The notes under the pieces were generated by a model. It was not told the DNA's origin. It searched no databases and worked only from the letters and a program-made list of their open reading frames with translations. From a virus (Duplodnaviria; Caudoviricetes): 53,235 bases of DNA. The position numbers and the translations under genes are program-made. Of the stretch, positions 16,894-26,239 are shown piece by piece. The stretch spans positions 1 through 53,235 of IMG/VR virus record IMGVR_UViG_3300035701_000043. The stretch is one strand, 5' to 3'. Position 1 is the first letter of the stretch, and each line of letters begins with the position of its first letter.

Positions 16894-17084
16894 GTCTGCC
16901 CCTGAACCGGGTTATTCTGGGCGACTGCTCCGAGGTTATGAGGGGGGGCCCAGATAACTCGATTGACTGTGTAGTCACCGATCCGCCTTATGGTCTCAAT
17001 TCTATGGGAAAGTCTTGGGATAAGGCTTTGCCGCCTAAACACTCGGCTTCTGTGATGAAGGAGGGGGTTCCTATCGTTGAGTAG
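16890..17084 (+). pseudogene. Truncated N4/N6 DNA methyltransferase
   Basis: ILGDC...DNSIDCVVTDPPY, then stops at 64 aa; no FxGxG motif follows. Confidence 0.75.
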
Positions 17085-17388
17085 CCAAACCACCGAGAAC
17101 GCCAAAACCACCGTTCATAGGAACGAACGATCGTTCGATAAGTTGAACCGTGGGCGCCCCCGACGCAAAAACCGCGCCTGGTTCACCGAAGAAGAGCTCC
17201 GCCTCGCAAAAGAGATTCTCATGTTCCTCGCAACCAGGCCGCCGCCCTGCATCTGCGGCGAACGCGACTGGACCTATAACATTAAGGATAAGTTGCTACG
17301 GGCCCGATGCCGTCAATGCCAGTATGAACAGCGGTTCAGCCACCAAGCGGGGAAGTGGACCCACGACTCCCGGGGCGGAGATACTTAA
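17077..17388 (+). CDS. Zinc-ribbon hypothetical protein
   Basis: CICG...CRQC. Confidence 0.5.
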   Translation: MSSQTTENAKTTVHRNERSFDKLNRGRPRRKNRAWFTEEELRLAKEILMFLATRPPPCICGERDWTYNIKDKLLRARCRQCQYEQRFSHQAGKWTHDSRGGDT

Positions 17389-17470
17389 AGAAATACAAAA
17401 AGAGGAAATGAAAAAGAATGAATTAGGCCATCGGAGAGTTGAAAATCTTTAAATATTTGAGGTTGGAAAA

Positions 17471-18658
17471 ATGCTCTCCTATAAGTACCGCCTGAAGCCT
17501 ACAAAGGATCAGATAGAGGTACTTGAGGATCAGCTTGAAATTTGTAGGTGGGTCTGGAATACTCACCTTGGATGGATATATGATGAAAGAAAGGCTGGGC
17601 GCGGTACACCTCTTCTCAAATTGAATTACAATTTAATAATAATGAAAGAAAAGAATCCAGAACTAAGAACAGTCTATAGTCAAATCTTACAGAACATAGC
17701 AAAGAGGATCGGTCAGGGATTTGATCTCTATTGGTCGCTGAAAAGAAGCCATAAGAAAGGTAGCCCCCCCAAATTCAAAGGTAGAGGTGATTACAATTCT
17801 ATCACTTACCCTCAGAGTGGCTTTAGCCTCAAAGATGGTTTATTGAAACTCTCCAAGATTGGTAGTGTGAAAATCATTCAACACCGGCCCATAGAGGGCG
17901 AGATAAAGACACTAACAATCAAACAGGAGCCCTCTGGTAAGTGGTACGCAATATTCGCCTGTAACGTTGAGGATAAGCTGATTGAGGGTAGACTACCAGC
18001 CGTGGGAATAGATTTTGGTTTGGATGCTCTGGTAGCCTTCGATGATGGTATGAAGATTGAAGCACCGCAATTCTACAGAAAGTCGTACCAAAAACTGAGA
18101 AGGATACAACGAATACACTCCAAGAGAAAGAAAGGGTCGAAAAATAGGGAAAAGGGTAGGATGCTTCTTACCAGAGCCTATGAGAAAGGAACTAACCAGA
18201 GAAAGGACTTGGCTTTCAAGATAGCAAGAAGCATAGTAAACAAATATGAGAAAATATATATTGAGGATTTAAAGATTAAGAATATGGTAAAGAATAAGCA
18301 CCTATCCAAAAGCATATATGATGCTGGTTGGGGAATACTGAGGGCTAACCTTACCTACATGGCTGAAAGGTCATTAGGCGTGACGGTAGCTGTCGATCCC
18401 AAGAATACCAGCCAAGAATGTTCTGGGTGTGGTGAGATTGTGCCAAAAGACCTGTCGGTTAGGATACACAACTGCCCCCACTGTGGTCTTATACTCAACA
18501 GGGACGTAAATGCGGCACGAAACATACTCCGTAAGGGGATACTGCTGGAACAGCAGGAATCAACGCTTGTTGGAGAGCCAGCCTCTACTATCACTCAGCG
18601 TAGTGGTATGCAAGCTGGCTCGATGAATCAAGAAGCCACCCTACTTATAAGGTGGTAG
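17471..18658 (+). CDS. tnpB: TnpB RNA-guided endonuclease (IS200/IS605 family, solo)
   Basis: YKYRLKP N-terminus; RuvC GIDFG, IEDL and RDVNAARNI; zinc finger CSGC/CPHC. Confidence 0.95.
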   Translation: MLSYKYRLKPTKDQIEVLEDQLEICRWVWNTHLGWIYDERKAGRGTPLLKLNYNLIIMKEKNPELRTVYSQILQNIAKRIGQGFDLYWSLKRSHKKGSPPKFKGRGDYNSITYPQSGFSLKDGLLKLSKIGSVKIIQHRPIEGEIKTLTIKQEPSGKWYAIFACNVEDKLIEGRLPAVGIDFGLDALVAFDDGMKIEAPQFYRKSYQKLRRIQRIHSKRKKGSKNREKGRMLLTRAYEKGTNQRKDLAFKIARSIVNKYEKIYIEDLKIKNMVKNKHLSKSIYDAGWGILRANLTYMAERSLGVTVAVDPKNTSQECSGCGEIVPKDLSVRIHNCPHCGLILNRDVNAARNILRKGILLEQQESTLVGEPASTITQRSGMQAGSMNQEATLLIRW

Positions 18659-18680
18659 TTCACTGTGTTACTATTCTTGA
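18500..18680 (+). ncRNA. Predicted TnpB omega-RNA, right end and guide
   Basis: Stem GAGCCAGC/GCTGGCTC (18575-18621); terminal hairpin CCACC/GGTGG (18636-18655); end motif TCAC at 18660-18663; guide would start at 18664. 5' boundary is approximate. Confidence 0.65.
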
Positions 18681-18829
18681 TCACCCGTCTGAACGAAGAC
18701 CACTCGACTTGTCGGGTGGATGAAGTTCAGAAAATTGGGACTCTATGTACTTTTGGATTAGAAAAAACGGAGTTATACAACAAATTAGAATTTGAGGTTT
18801 AGCTAGCCTAATTAATGTGGCAGTATTAT

Positions 18830-19400
18830 GAGGGCGACCCGCCACTCACCACACCGTTGAAAAACCAAAAGCTAGGGCGGGTATGATGCCCCGCCTCCGC
18901 CGCCAGGCGTAAAACGGCGGCATCACAGTCGCGGGCCGACACGCACCAGGAGGAGCGACGCGACCACCTGAAAAGGTGAAATTATCTGGCCCAGCCCAGC
19001 AAGAACCCGAGAAAAACCCGCCGATGAGCGGGGCGAGACCCCGACTACTTCGGTGGCAATCCGGCGTTCAGGGACTGGGACCAGCGGCCCCACCCAGCAA
19101 ACCTACGTTATTTTATCAGATTTCGCGTGTACAATAGAAAATCAATAAAAAAATATAGGTAATGACGAGGAGGACCCGAAACCGCCAAATAACTGTGTAT
19201 ATGGCCACCGATCCAGCGCGGGTCGGCGGGCACGCCCAGCAAACGGCGGGTCGGCGGCCGCGTTGGGCGGTATTAAAACCCATAAGTCCTCACCTTCTCC
19301 GGGTGCAGGGAGGCGGGGATGTCCCAAGCCGACTGGCGGCGGGACACCCTCCTCGAAATATATTTTTGGCAACCCTCAACGAGTTTTGCCCCAGTCATAA
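18830..19400 (+). ncRNA. Putative structured non-coding RNA region
   Basis: GC-rich region lacking a convincing ORF, with GAAA- and UUCG-capped hairpins and other short stems. Confidence 0.4.
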
Positions 19401-19546
19401 CAAAAATTGCGGGGGAAAAAAGAAAACGAGGTTCTCCACCACCGATGGAAAAGAATACGAACGCGCAGACCACTGTCCACACTGTCAATTATCGACGGGG
19501 GGGCAACATCGGGCGAGTTGCCCATTAGCAAAGAAGGAAAAAGAAA

Positions 19547-19909
19547 ATGAGCATTATAGATTTTAGTTTAACCGCCGAGCAGCTCGTAATGTACCTCGGC
19601 CTATCAATCGGCTACCTCTGGGGCGAAGCCTTCAGTAAATTCGACTACAATATAACATATGAAAGCGAGTGGTACAAGAAACTCGGCAAATTCCAGCAAT
19701 GGATAATAAAAAGCCTCCTCGACACCACTCATCATTTTCAAATGGGCCTCATCCTGATTCTCCTCATCACGAAGGGCTGGTTTGGCCTCCACCCCGCCCT
19801 CGGAAGCATCCTTAATTGGGTTGGCTGGGGCCTTGTCGTCTCCGACTGGAAAGAATATAAAAACGTCTTGAGGCGTTTTGGGATCAATATCCCGGGTGAT
19901 GAAGAATGA
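19547..19909 (+). CDS. Small multi-pass membrane protein (holin-like candidate)
   Basis: Two or three hydrophobic segments; AAGGA upstream. Confidence 0.55.
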   Translation: MSIIDFSLTAEQLVMYLGLSIGYLWGEAFSKFDYNITYESEWYKKLGKFQQWIIKSLLDTTHHFQMGLILILLITKGWFGLHPALGSILNWVGWGLVVSDWKEYKNVLRRFGINIPGDEE

Positions 19910-20148
19910 GCTTGGGCGGCGACGGCGATCACGAGATGCTCGGCGAGTGCCGAGAAGTCTTCAAGAACCTACAGGCAAACGACGAAAAGGTTATCCGCGC
20001 CCTCTGGGGCCCCGAAGGCACCACGGGAATCATCCGCGACGTCGGCGATTTGAAACATAGTTGGACGATAATCAGCGCCGGCATCGGCATCGCGGCGAGT
20101 ATCATAAGTAGTATAATCACGGCCCTCATAATATCAAGACTGGTCTAG
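19906..20148 (+). CDS. Small protein with C-terminal transmembrane helix
   Basis: WTIISAGIGIAASIISSIITALII. Confidence 0.65.
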   Translation: MSLGGDGDHEMLGECREVFKNLQANDEKVIRALWGPEGTTGIIRDVGDLKHSWTIISAGIGIAASIISSIITALIISRLV

Positions 20149-20522
20149 TGGCTAAAATGTCCAATGTTAAGCCCTCTCTGTCGTTTTCATTACGAAAAGA
20201 CTACATCAAAAAACACATTGCCATTATGAAACTTGAAGACATCGCTGAAGAATGCGGTGTTAACATTCGCACGATTAGTCGCGACATCAAGGAGATGAAG
20301 GAGACGGGCGAGTTCTGGGAGTGGCTGGAAAACGAGTTCTGGCGTCTTCACCGTGCGGGTGATGTGGATAACGCGACGAAGTATCGTGAGGTCGCGAAGC
20401 TGTATGGGAAGCAGGCTTTGACGGAGAAGGTTGAGGCGTCGGGGACGATTTTTCAGTTAGAGGTTTGGAGACCCGAGGAAAAGAAGGATGATAAAAGTAA
20501 CGATCAAGTATGCTCCTCATAA
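20148..20522 (+). CDS. Probable terminase small subunit (HTH)
   Basis: EDIAEECGVNIRTISRDI helix-turn-helix; overlaps the terminase large subunit gene. Confidence 0.7.
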   Translation: MAKMSNVKPSLSFSLRKDYIKKHIAIMKLEDIAEECGVNIRTISRDIKEMKETGEFWEWLENEFWRLHRAGDVDNATKYREVAKLYGKQALTEKVEASGTIFQLEVWRPEEKKDDKSNDQVCSS

Positions 20523-21771
20523 GGCGCAGCTGCCTTTTCATCAAGATCGTTACAAGGTTCGGAACCGTGGCCTCATCGGCGGCGGCGGCTCAGGGAAGAC
20601 CGAGGCAGGCGGCTTTGAGGCGATGAGCTGGGCATTCGAGAATCCGGGCAGCGTCGGCCTCATCTGCGCGCCGACTTACAAGATGCTTAAACGCTTCGTT
20701 ATCCCGAAGCTCGAGAAACTGCTGGGTGTTTCGGCGCTGGAGAACAGCCCCTTTGTTCGGGACTGGCAGAAAACGGATATGCTCGTCACCTTTAACACTT
20801 TCACCCTCGACGGCGTGAGCCGGCCCAGTAAGGCGTGGATGGTCGGCCTCGACAAGCCTGAGAGTGCGGAGGGTATGAACCTTGACTGGGCGTGGCTCGA
20901 CGAGGCGAGGCTCGTGCCGAAACTTGAGTCCGCCCGGCAGAGTATTCTACGGCGGCTTAGAGGAAGCGGCGCCTCGGCGCCCCTCGACAAACACGTCCCG
21001 CCGAATGCGGTGGGGCTCTGGGTGACGACGACGCCTGACGCGCCACTGAGCGACCTGTTCAACTTCTTCGAGCACCCGGAGAAGCGAAACCCCGAGAGCC
21101 GAGTTTACCGCGTCACCCTCGACGACAACGCGGAGAACTTGCCTCCCGAGTTCGTGGCTGAGATGAAGCGTAGCCACAGCGGCGGCCTCTACGACCGCTT
21201 CATCCTAGGCCGCTTCGCGGCGGTGACGGGGGGAGCCTTCGAGTTCGACCACATGATTCACGCTCAAGGCGTTAGTCCGCCCGAACTCAAGGAAGTCATT
21301 TATGGGTTAGATTTTGGGTGGCGAAACCCCAGCGCCGTTATCGCCGTCGGATTTGACGGTGACAACAGAGCCTACGTTCTCGATGAGGTCTACGCGACGC
21401 AACTTTCAGAGGAAGCCCTCATCATGGAGATCCGACAACTACAGGAACGTTGGGGCGAGAGCACACTTTGGTGTGATTCATCCGAGCCCCGCACGATTGC
21501 TTCACTTCAACACGCCGGCCTTGATGCGCGGGGCAACAAGTCGAAGCGTGAGGACGGTATCAGGGAGATTGGCGGCCGCCTCAAGGACGCCGGCGACGGT
21601 CGGCGCCGGCTCTACGTTTCGCCGGACTGCGTGAACCTGATCGAGGAGCTTCAGCTCTACGATCCTGAGAAGAAGGAGCATGATCACGCGGTTGACGCGT
21701 TGAGGTATGCGGTTATGGGTGCTAAGGGTTACGGCGAGTTGATGGTTGATACGGCCCGGAGGCCGAGGTAA
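20488..21771 (+). CDS. terL: Terminase large subunit
   Basis: GGGGSGKT Walker A; APTY; AWLDEA Walker B; TTTP; GLDFG and HDHAVDALRY nuclease motifs. Confidence 0.95.
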   Translation: MIKVTIKYAPHKAQLPFHQDRYKVRNRGLIGGGGSGKTEAGGFEAMSWAFENPGSVGLICAPTYKMLKRFVIPKLEKLLGVSALENSPFVRDWQKTDMLVTFNTFTLDGVSRPSKAWMVGLDKPESAEGMNLDWAWLDEARLVPKLESARQSILRRLRGSGASAPLDKHVPPNAVGLWVTTTPDAPLSDLFNFFEHPEKRNPESRVYRVTLDDNAENLPPEFVAEMKRSHSGGLYDRFILGRFAAVTGGAFEFDHMIHAQGVSPPELKEVIYGLDFGWRNPSAVIAVGFDGDNRAYVLDEVYATQLSEEALIMEIRQLQERWGESTLWCDSSEPRTIASLQHAGLDARGNKSKREDGIREIGGRLKDAGDGRRRLYVSPDCVNLIEELQLYDPEKKEHDHAVDALRYAVMGAKGYGELMVDTARRPR

Positions 21772-21774
21772 ACA

Positions 21775-21892
21775 TGCACGGGTTGCACGGGTTGAAGGGT
21801 GTTTTTATATCACCCCCATATATTTTATATATATGTTTTATTTTAATGCATGCCGAGTAGGGAGGGGGGGTGATCCCGTGCAACCCGTGCAG
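21775..21892 (-). repeat. Inverted second copy of the origin-like element
   Basis: 21851-21892 is the exact reverse complement of 10593-10634 (42 bp); the rest aligns with mismatches. Confidence 0.9.
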
Positions 21893-22220
21893 CTCCACAA
21901 ATGTGTTAAGTTTCGGGGGTGTTTCTAAGCTCTCGGAACCCGAAATTGTGTTAAACGTGTTTTCCTTTTTGGAACAAAAATGTCCCATTTTTGGAGGGTG
22001 AAAAATCAAAACTTGGTTTTTTTCAACCCGTGCAGGCATGCGTGTGTGGCTCGGAGGATAAGATGAATATGGAGATAATTTGTCGTGGCTGCCAAGGACT
22101 CGGCTGGGTTGACGCTGACAGTATATACCGCGGCCCAACTAAATGCCCCCTTTGTAATGGCTCGGGTGTAGACGGCCTCGGAGTTTCGGCTCATATTTTC
22201 TGGGCGGAGGGTCTAAAACA

Positions 22221-22403
22221 ATGAGCGCGCCGAGGCCCTTTGTCTGTTGCCCAGGTTGCGGTGAAGTCATGGATCTGAGCCGTCTCGGCTCCGTGGGTGT
22301 CCGCGGTGTCAAGGACAGCCGCCTCGTCAAGTGCGGGAGCTGCGGCAAAGTGTTCCGCACTGAGGGGGAAACATTTAGGGAAGCGCATGGGAGCGCGAAG
22401 TGA
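22221..22403 (+). CDS. Zinc-ribbon protein
   Basis: CPGCG...CGSCG; GGAGG RBS. Confidence 0.6.
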   Translation: MSAPRPFVCCPGCGEVMDLSRLGSVGVRGVKDSRLVKCGSCGKVFRTEGETFREAHGSAK

Positions 22404-22479
22404 TGAAGAAGATTTACCCCGCCTGCGGCCACAAGATGAAGAGGCGGGATCACGAGAGAAGAATAAGAGTTGAGAAAAA

Positions 22480-22725
22480 ATGAGAACGTTTCTGATTAAG
22501 TTACTCGGGGGAAAACCCGGGGTGTTGAAGCCCGACGAGTTCACGGAGAACTCGATGAGGCGAAGCGTCGAGGATATCAAGTTGAGTGTCGTTGAGACGC
22601 GGGACGGGCGCCAGATAAACGTGAGTGCGTGGAACCCCGAGATTGCCCTCAATCTCTACCGGCAGGTGGAGGATTATCTCGCCGCCGCCGAGGCTCCAGA
22701 AGAGAAGCAGATTGGGGTAGAGTAA
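22480..22725 (+). CDS. Hypothetical protein
   Basis: 81-aa ORF between terL and portal. Confidence 0.55.
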   Translation: MRTFLIKLLGGKPGVLKPDEFTENSMRRSVEDIKLSVVETRDGRQINVSAWNPEIALNLYRQVEDYLAAAEAPEEKQIGVE

Positions 22726-22998
22726 CTCGCGTGATGGTCCCAGGTGTTTATAAAGAACTGCGTAGTGAGCCGCTCAAACTCATTAATTCCGATATAAATA
22801 ACAATCACTGAAGTTTTAGGAGATTATAACATAAATGCCTCGTTGCAAATGCGGCTTCGTACTTCCCGAGGGCTGCCCGAGTTGCCCCCCCCGCGTGATC
22901 GCTTGTCCCGGCTGTGGGACTGAGGTATTAATAGAACCCACGCAAGATGTTGCGATGGTTGAACTGTGGTTAAAAATTAAAAATAAGGAGCCGTTATC

Positions 22999-24396
22999 AT
23001 GAGCACGTTTGATTCACTGAGAAAACGACTAGGCTTCAAACCAAAAATTAATGAGCAGTTAAAATCTCTTGACGCGTTCAGCGCGCCGGGACTTTTCCAC
23101 ACCGGAGCCGAGGGGAGTGTCGCAGTCCCCAAAGGCGTCGCCGGTTTTTATACCTGGTATGAAAACGACGGCGTGGTCTTCGCCGCCGTGAATGGGCTGG
23201 CGGAGGCCGCTGCGGGGCAGGGCATGTACACGGTGATGCCGGGAGATTACGAGGAGGACGGCGAGGATATACCCGAGGAGAAAAAGTTAGTCGATGAGCT
23301 CGGCGAGGCACTGAACTTCGACGCTCTGCTCCCCAACATCGTGAAGAACACACTAATAGCTGGATTCTGCGGAGTAGAGATAGGGACAGCTAACGGCGGC
23401 ATCCCCAAACTTCCCTCGAAGTGGGTTGTCAAGATAATCCACCCCGTCACCGTGAAGGAGATCATCCTCGAAGAGAAGCCTACAAACTATCATGGAATCG
23501 ACTACATCATACAAGAAGCTAACACCGTCAAAGGAATAAAGAAGCCAGTGAAGATCGAGGGTAAGTACCTAGCCTGGTTTGTGAATAATCAGATTGGTAA
23601 CGATCCCCGAGGCATGAGTATAATTCAATGCGCTGAGAGTCTGCTCGCGACGAAGAAGACCGTCATTGATAAGATCGATAAGATTCTGGACAAGCGTTTG
23701 GCGCCAACCATCGTTTGGAAGAGCCTCAAGGACATAACGAGTCTCAAGGAGGCCATCACGGCCCGTGAACCCGAGGAAGACATATTTATTGGGAAGCTCA
23801 GTCCCGAGGAGCTGGGTGACATCGCTCAGGTCATCGAGGTTAAGGGCGGCGAGAAGTATTGGGAATATATTGAGCTCATCAATCGCCTCATATATGTGGG
23901 CCTCTACGCGCCGGACCTGTATTATTGGTCGTCCGCGACGTTGGCGAGCGCCGAGCAGTTGACCCGGCTCGTGGATAGGAACATCAACGCGATTCAGCGG
24001 GGCCTCAAGCGGGGGGTCGAGGCCGGTATGTACACGCGCCTCATGGACCTGAATGGGAAGGAGTACGTGCCCCGGCTGAAGTGGGGCACCGAGAAGACGG
24101 GTGTTGAGGATATTCAACCAGCTCAGTTCCTCAGCGACGGGGTAAACGCGGGTTATGTAGGTATCGATCAATACTACGAGATTCTGGGCCTACTCGGAGT
24201 CGCGGTCACGCCGCCGAAGCCGTTCAAACCCGAACAGGAGCCACAAAAACCGTCGCCAAAAGGGGTGCCCCCAGAAGAGGAGCCCGATGAAGAGGAACCC
24301 GAGGAGCGTCTGGCGGAGAAGGCGGCTGAGAGAGTCATAAAACGGGCAAGTAAGAAGATAGACGATAAAATCGATAATATATTGAAGGGTGCCTAA
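22999..24396 (+). CDS. Portal protein
   Basis: Position after terL; 465 aa; V..AV..LA, AG...EI, IHP.TV, D.RG.S.I pattern; acidic Pro-rich tail. Confidence 0.85.
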   Translation: MSTFDSLRKRLGFKPKINEQLKSLDAFSAPGLFHTGAEGSVAVPKGVAGFYTWYENDGVVFAAVNGLAEAAAGQGMYTVMPGDYEEDGEDIPEEKKLVDELGEALNFDALLPNIVKNTLIAGFCGVEIGTANGGIPKLPSKWVVKIIHPVTVKEIILEEKPTNYHGIDYIIQEANTVKGIKKPVKIEGKYLAWFVNNQIGNDPRGMSIIQCAESLLATKKTVIDKIDKILDKRLAPTIVWKSLKDITSLKEAITAREPEEDIFIGKLSPEELGDIAQVIEVKGGEKYWEYIELINRLIYVGLYAPDLYYWSSATLASAEQLTRLVDRNINAIQRGLKRGVEAGMYTRLMDLNGKEYVPRLKWGTEKTGVEDIQPAQFLSDGVNAGYVGIDQYYEILGLLGVAVTPPKPFKPEQEPQKPSPKGVPPEEEPDEEEPEERLAEKAAERVIKRASKKIDDKIDNILKGA

Positions 24397-24399
24397 GTT

Positions 24400-24765
24400 A
24401 TGAGCCTAGTCATCTACGGGGAAGACGGCAAACAGGTAACCGACGATAATCCCCTAGTGACCGAGCACGACGGCGAGCAGGGTGAGGCGGTCGACATGAT
24501 TGTGACCCTGAAAAACGAGACGGATAACTATACCTTCAAGCGGGTCCGCGTCGAAGCCCTCTCCGGCGAGTCAGGCGTACGAGTCTATATCGCAAGGTAT
24601 CAAACGGACTTGGACAAAGGCATAATCGGTGAGAGTCTACCGGATTTTCCGCCGAAATCTAAGTTCAACATAGCCGTGAGGGTGATCGTGCCCCCCGGCA
24701 CCGACGAAGCCGTCTTGAAGAAGAGTTTTATCAGGGTCAAGTCGATGAGGTTCGCAGCGATTTAA
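24400..24765 (+). CDS. Virion-associated beta-rich protein (putative)
   Basis: Ig-like alternating pattern; follows the portal gene. Confidence 0.5.
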   Translation: MSLVIYGEDGKQVTDDNPLVTEHDGEQGEAVDMIVTLKNETDNYTFKRVRVEALSGESGVRVYIARYQTDLDKGIIGESLPDFPPKSKFNIAVRVIVPPGTDEAVLKKSFIRVKSMRFAAI

Positions 24766-24837
24766 ACCCCCATTCAACTGCGGGCCCGTGGAGCAGACGT
24801 AGGGGAGAAGCGGGCAGAAAAGAGAGAAGGTAATGTA

Positions 24838-25407
24838 ATGGTAGCAACGTTTGAGACGTATCTCGACACTGCGGGGGCGGAGAACGCGCCTGGAGCAAGC
24901 ATCAGCATAGATGCCCTGGGGCCGCCGATGCTGAGGTTCAAGCGGGCGGACAACTCGACGATCGACAACGCTGATCCGATACCGATACCGGCGGGGGCTG
25001 ACAACTATAGCAGGTGGAAGAGCATCTACCTATTCTGCACGGGGGCCCCGAGCCTGCAAGTGGACAACCTCCGGATCTATAGTGATGGGGGCATCTGGGC
25101 ACCTGCTATACTGGTCGATGTGGGTGATGAGACGCCCGTCCACAACAGCGGGGCGACGACAGGATACGATGTGGCCGACGTAAACTCGACGATGGTCGTG
25201 AACCACACTGACATAACGGGTATAACCAGTTGGTATCTCGCGGTGGTGGGCGCGCCCAAGGCGGTCAGCATAAGTGAGGCTGGGAACATAATCAACGCGG
25301 CGAATGAGACGAGTAATTACGTCGTGTTGCAGATGCATGTCACGAACGCGGCAGTGCCCGGCGACTTGGCGAATAGCACCGGCACGTGGAAGTACGACGA
25401 AATCTAG
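24838..25407 (+). CDS. Putative virion structural protein
   Basis: A/T/G/N-rich; C-terminal aromatic WKYDEI. Confidence 0.6.
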   Translation: MVATFETYLDTAGAENAPGASISIDALGPPMLRFKRADNSTIDNADPIPIPAGADNYSRWKSIYLFCTGAPSLQVDNLRIYSDGGIWAPAILVDVGDETPVHNSGATTGYDVADVNSTMVVNHTDITGITSWYLAVVGAPKAVSISEAGNIINAANETSNYVVLQMHVTNAAVPGDLANSTGTWKYDEI

Positions 25408-25425
25408 CCTGGCGGGTGCAATACA

Positions 25426-25812
25426 ATGCCGAGTTGGAAGGCGGTCTACGACGACGGTAGCAGCCTCTCACAGTTGAACCGTGAGGGTGTCGAGGTAGCG
25501 AAGTACGATGCGATTGACAGGGCTAGGTTGGCCCATTTCATTATTTTGGGCGACGACGGCGCGCCCATAGTTGTCCTTCATCTGAAGCCTGGGAGTAAGC
25601 TGATTTATCGCCAGCGGGCCGAGCTTGGTTTCTCGGGGGAGGAGAGGGGTAGGATCATCCTAGTGGGTTGGCAGGAGACTAGGAACGGGGCGAACTTCCA
25701 GAGTATAACCGCGGTATTTCCCGACCATGTTGAGGTTATAGACCGCTTTGATGTGGGGCATCCGTGGTTCTACCCCGTGGTGTTCAGGGAGGAGGAGAAG
25801 CTGGGTGTCTGA
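25426..25812 (+). CDS. Hypothetical protein
   Basis: 128-aa ORF in the structural operon. Confidence 0.6.
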   Translation: MPSWKAVYDDGSSLSQLNREGVEVAKYDAIDRARLAHFIILGDDGAPIVVLHLKPGSKLIYRQRAELGFSGEERGRIILVGWQETRNGANFQSITAVFPDHVEVIDRFDVGHPWFYPVVFREEEKLGV

Positions 25813-26239
25813 GGTATTCGTCACTAATACTTTGGGTTTACAGCACTTCAGATTCACGTTGGACACTTACACATCCACGATTCGCAGGTTGAGGCGGGAG
25901 CTTGCCTACGTTGAGGGCGTGTTCCCGAGGGAGATGTATGCGGCGCTGACGGATGCCCAGTACCAAGCCTTCATCGACCACGAGGCGGAGTTCAGGCGGG
26001 AGAAACTGGTTCATCTGCGGGATAAGGCGAAGGCGGTTGTAGCCGAGTTTCTGAGGCGCAGAAACCTCAACGTCGCGTTGACCGCTGAGGAGGTGAATGG
26101 CAGGCTCTACGTCCGGGGTGCTTGCCCCGTCTGCCACGTCGTGATTAACCTGATGGACGCGGTTGTCTGGGATGAACCTAGTCATAGGCTGGGGCTTCGG
26201 TGCACGGGCTGTGGCGTGGAGAGGTGGTTAAGTGGCTAA
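25805..26239 (+). CDS. Hypothetical zinc-ribbon protein
   Basis: CPVC...CTGC; GTG start after GGAGGAG. Confidence 0.55.
   Translation: MSEVFVTNTLGLQHFRFTLDTYTSTIRRLRRELAYVEGVFPREMYAALTDAQYQAFIDHEAEFRREKLVHLRDKAKAVVAEFLRRRNLNVALTAEEVNGRLYVRGACPVCHVVINLMDAVVWDEPSHRLGLRCTGCGVERWLSG

Noticed and set aside
19021-19400. Specific ribozyme calls: hammerhead-like CCGATGAG, group I-like GTTCAGGGACT, twister-like GTCCCAAGCC
   Set aside because: Each lacks the other required core elements (GAAA, P/S elements, flanking stems); kept only as a generic structured RNA.
21722-22138. Minus-strand 138-aa ORF
   Set aside because: It runs through the inverted origin-like repeat and is antisense to the late operon; probably spurious.
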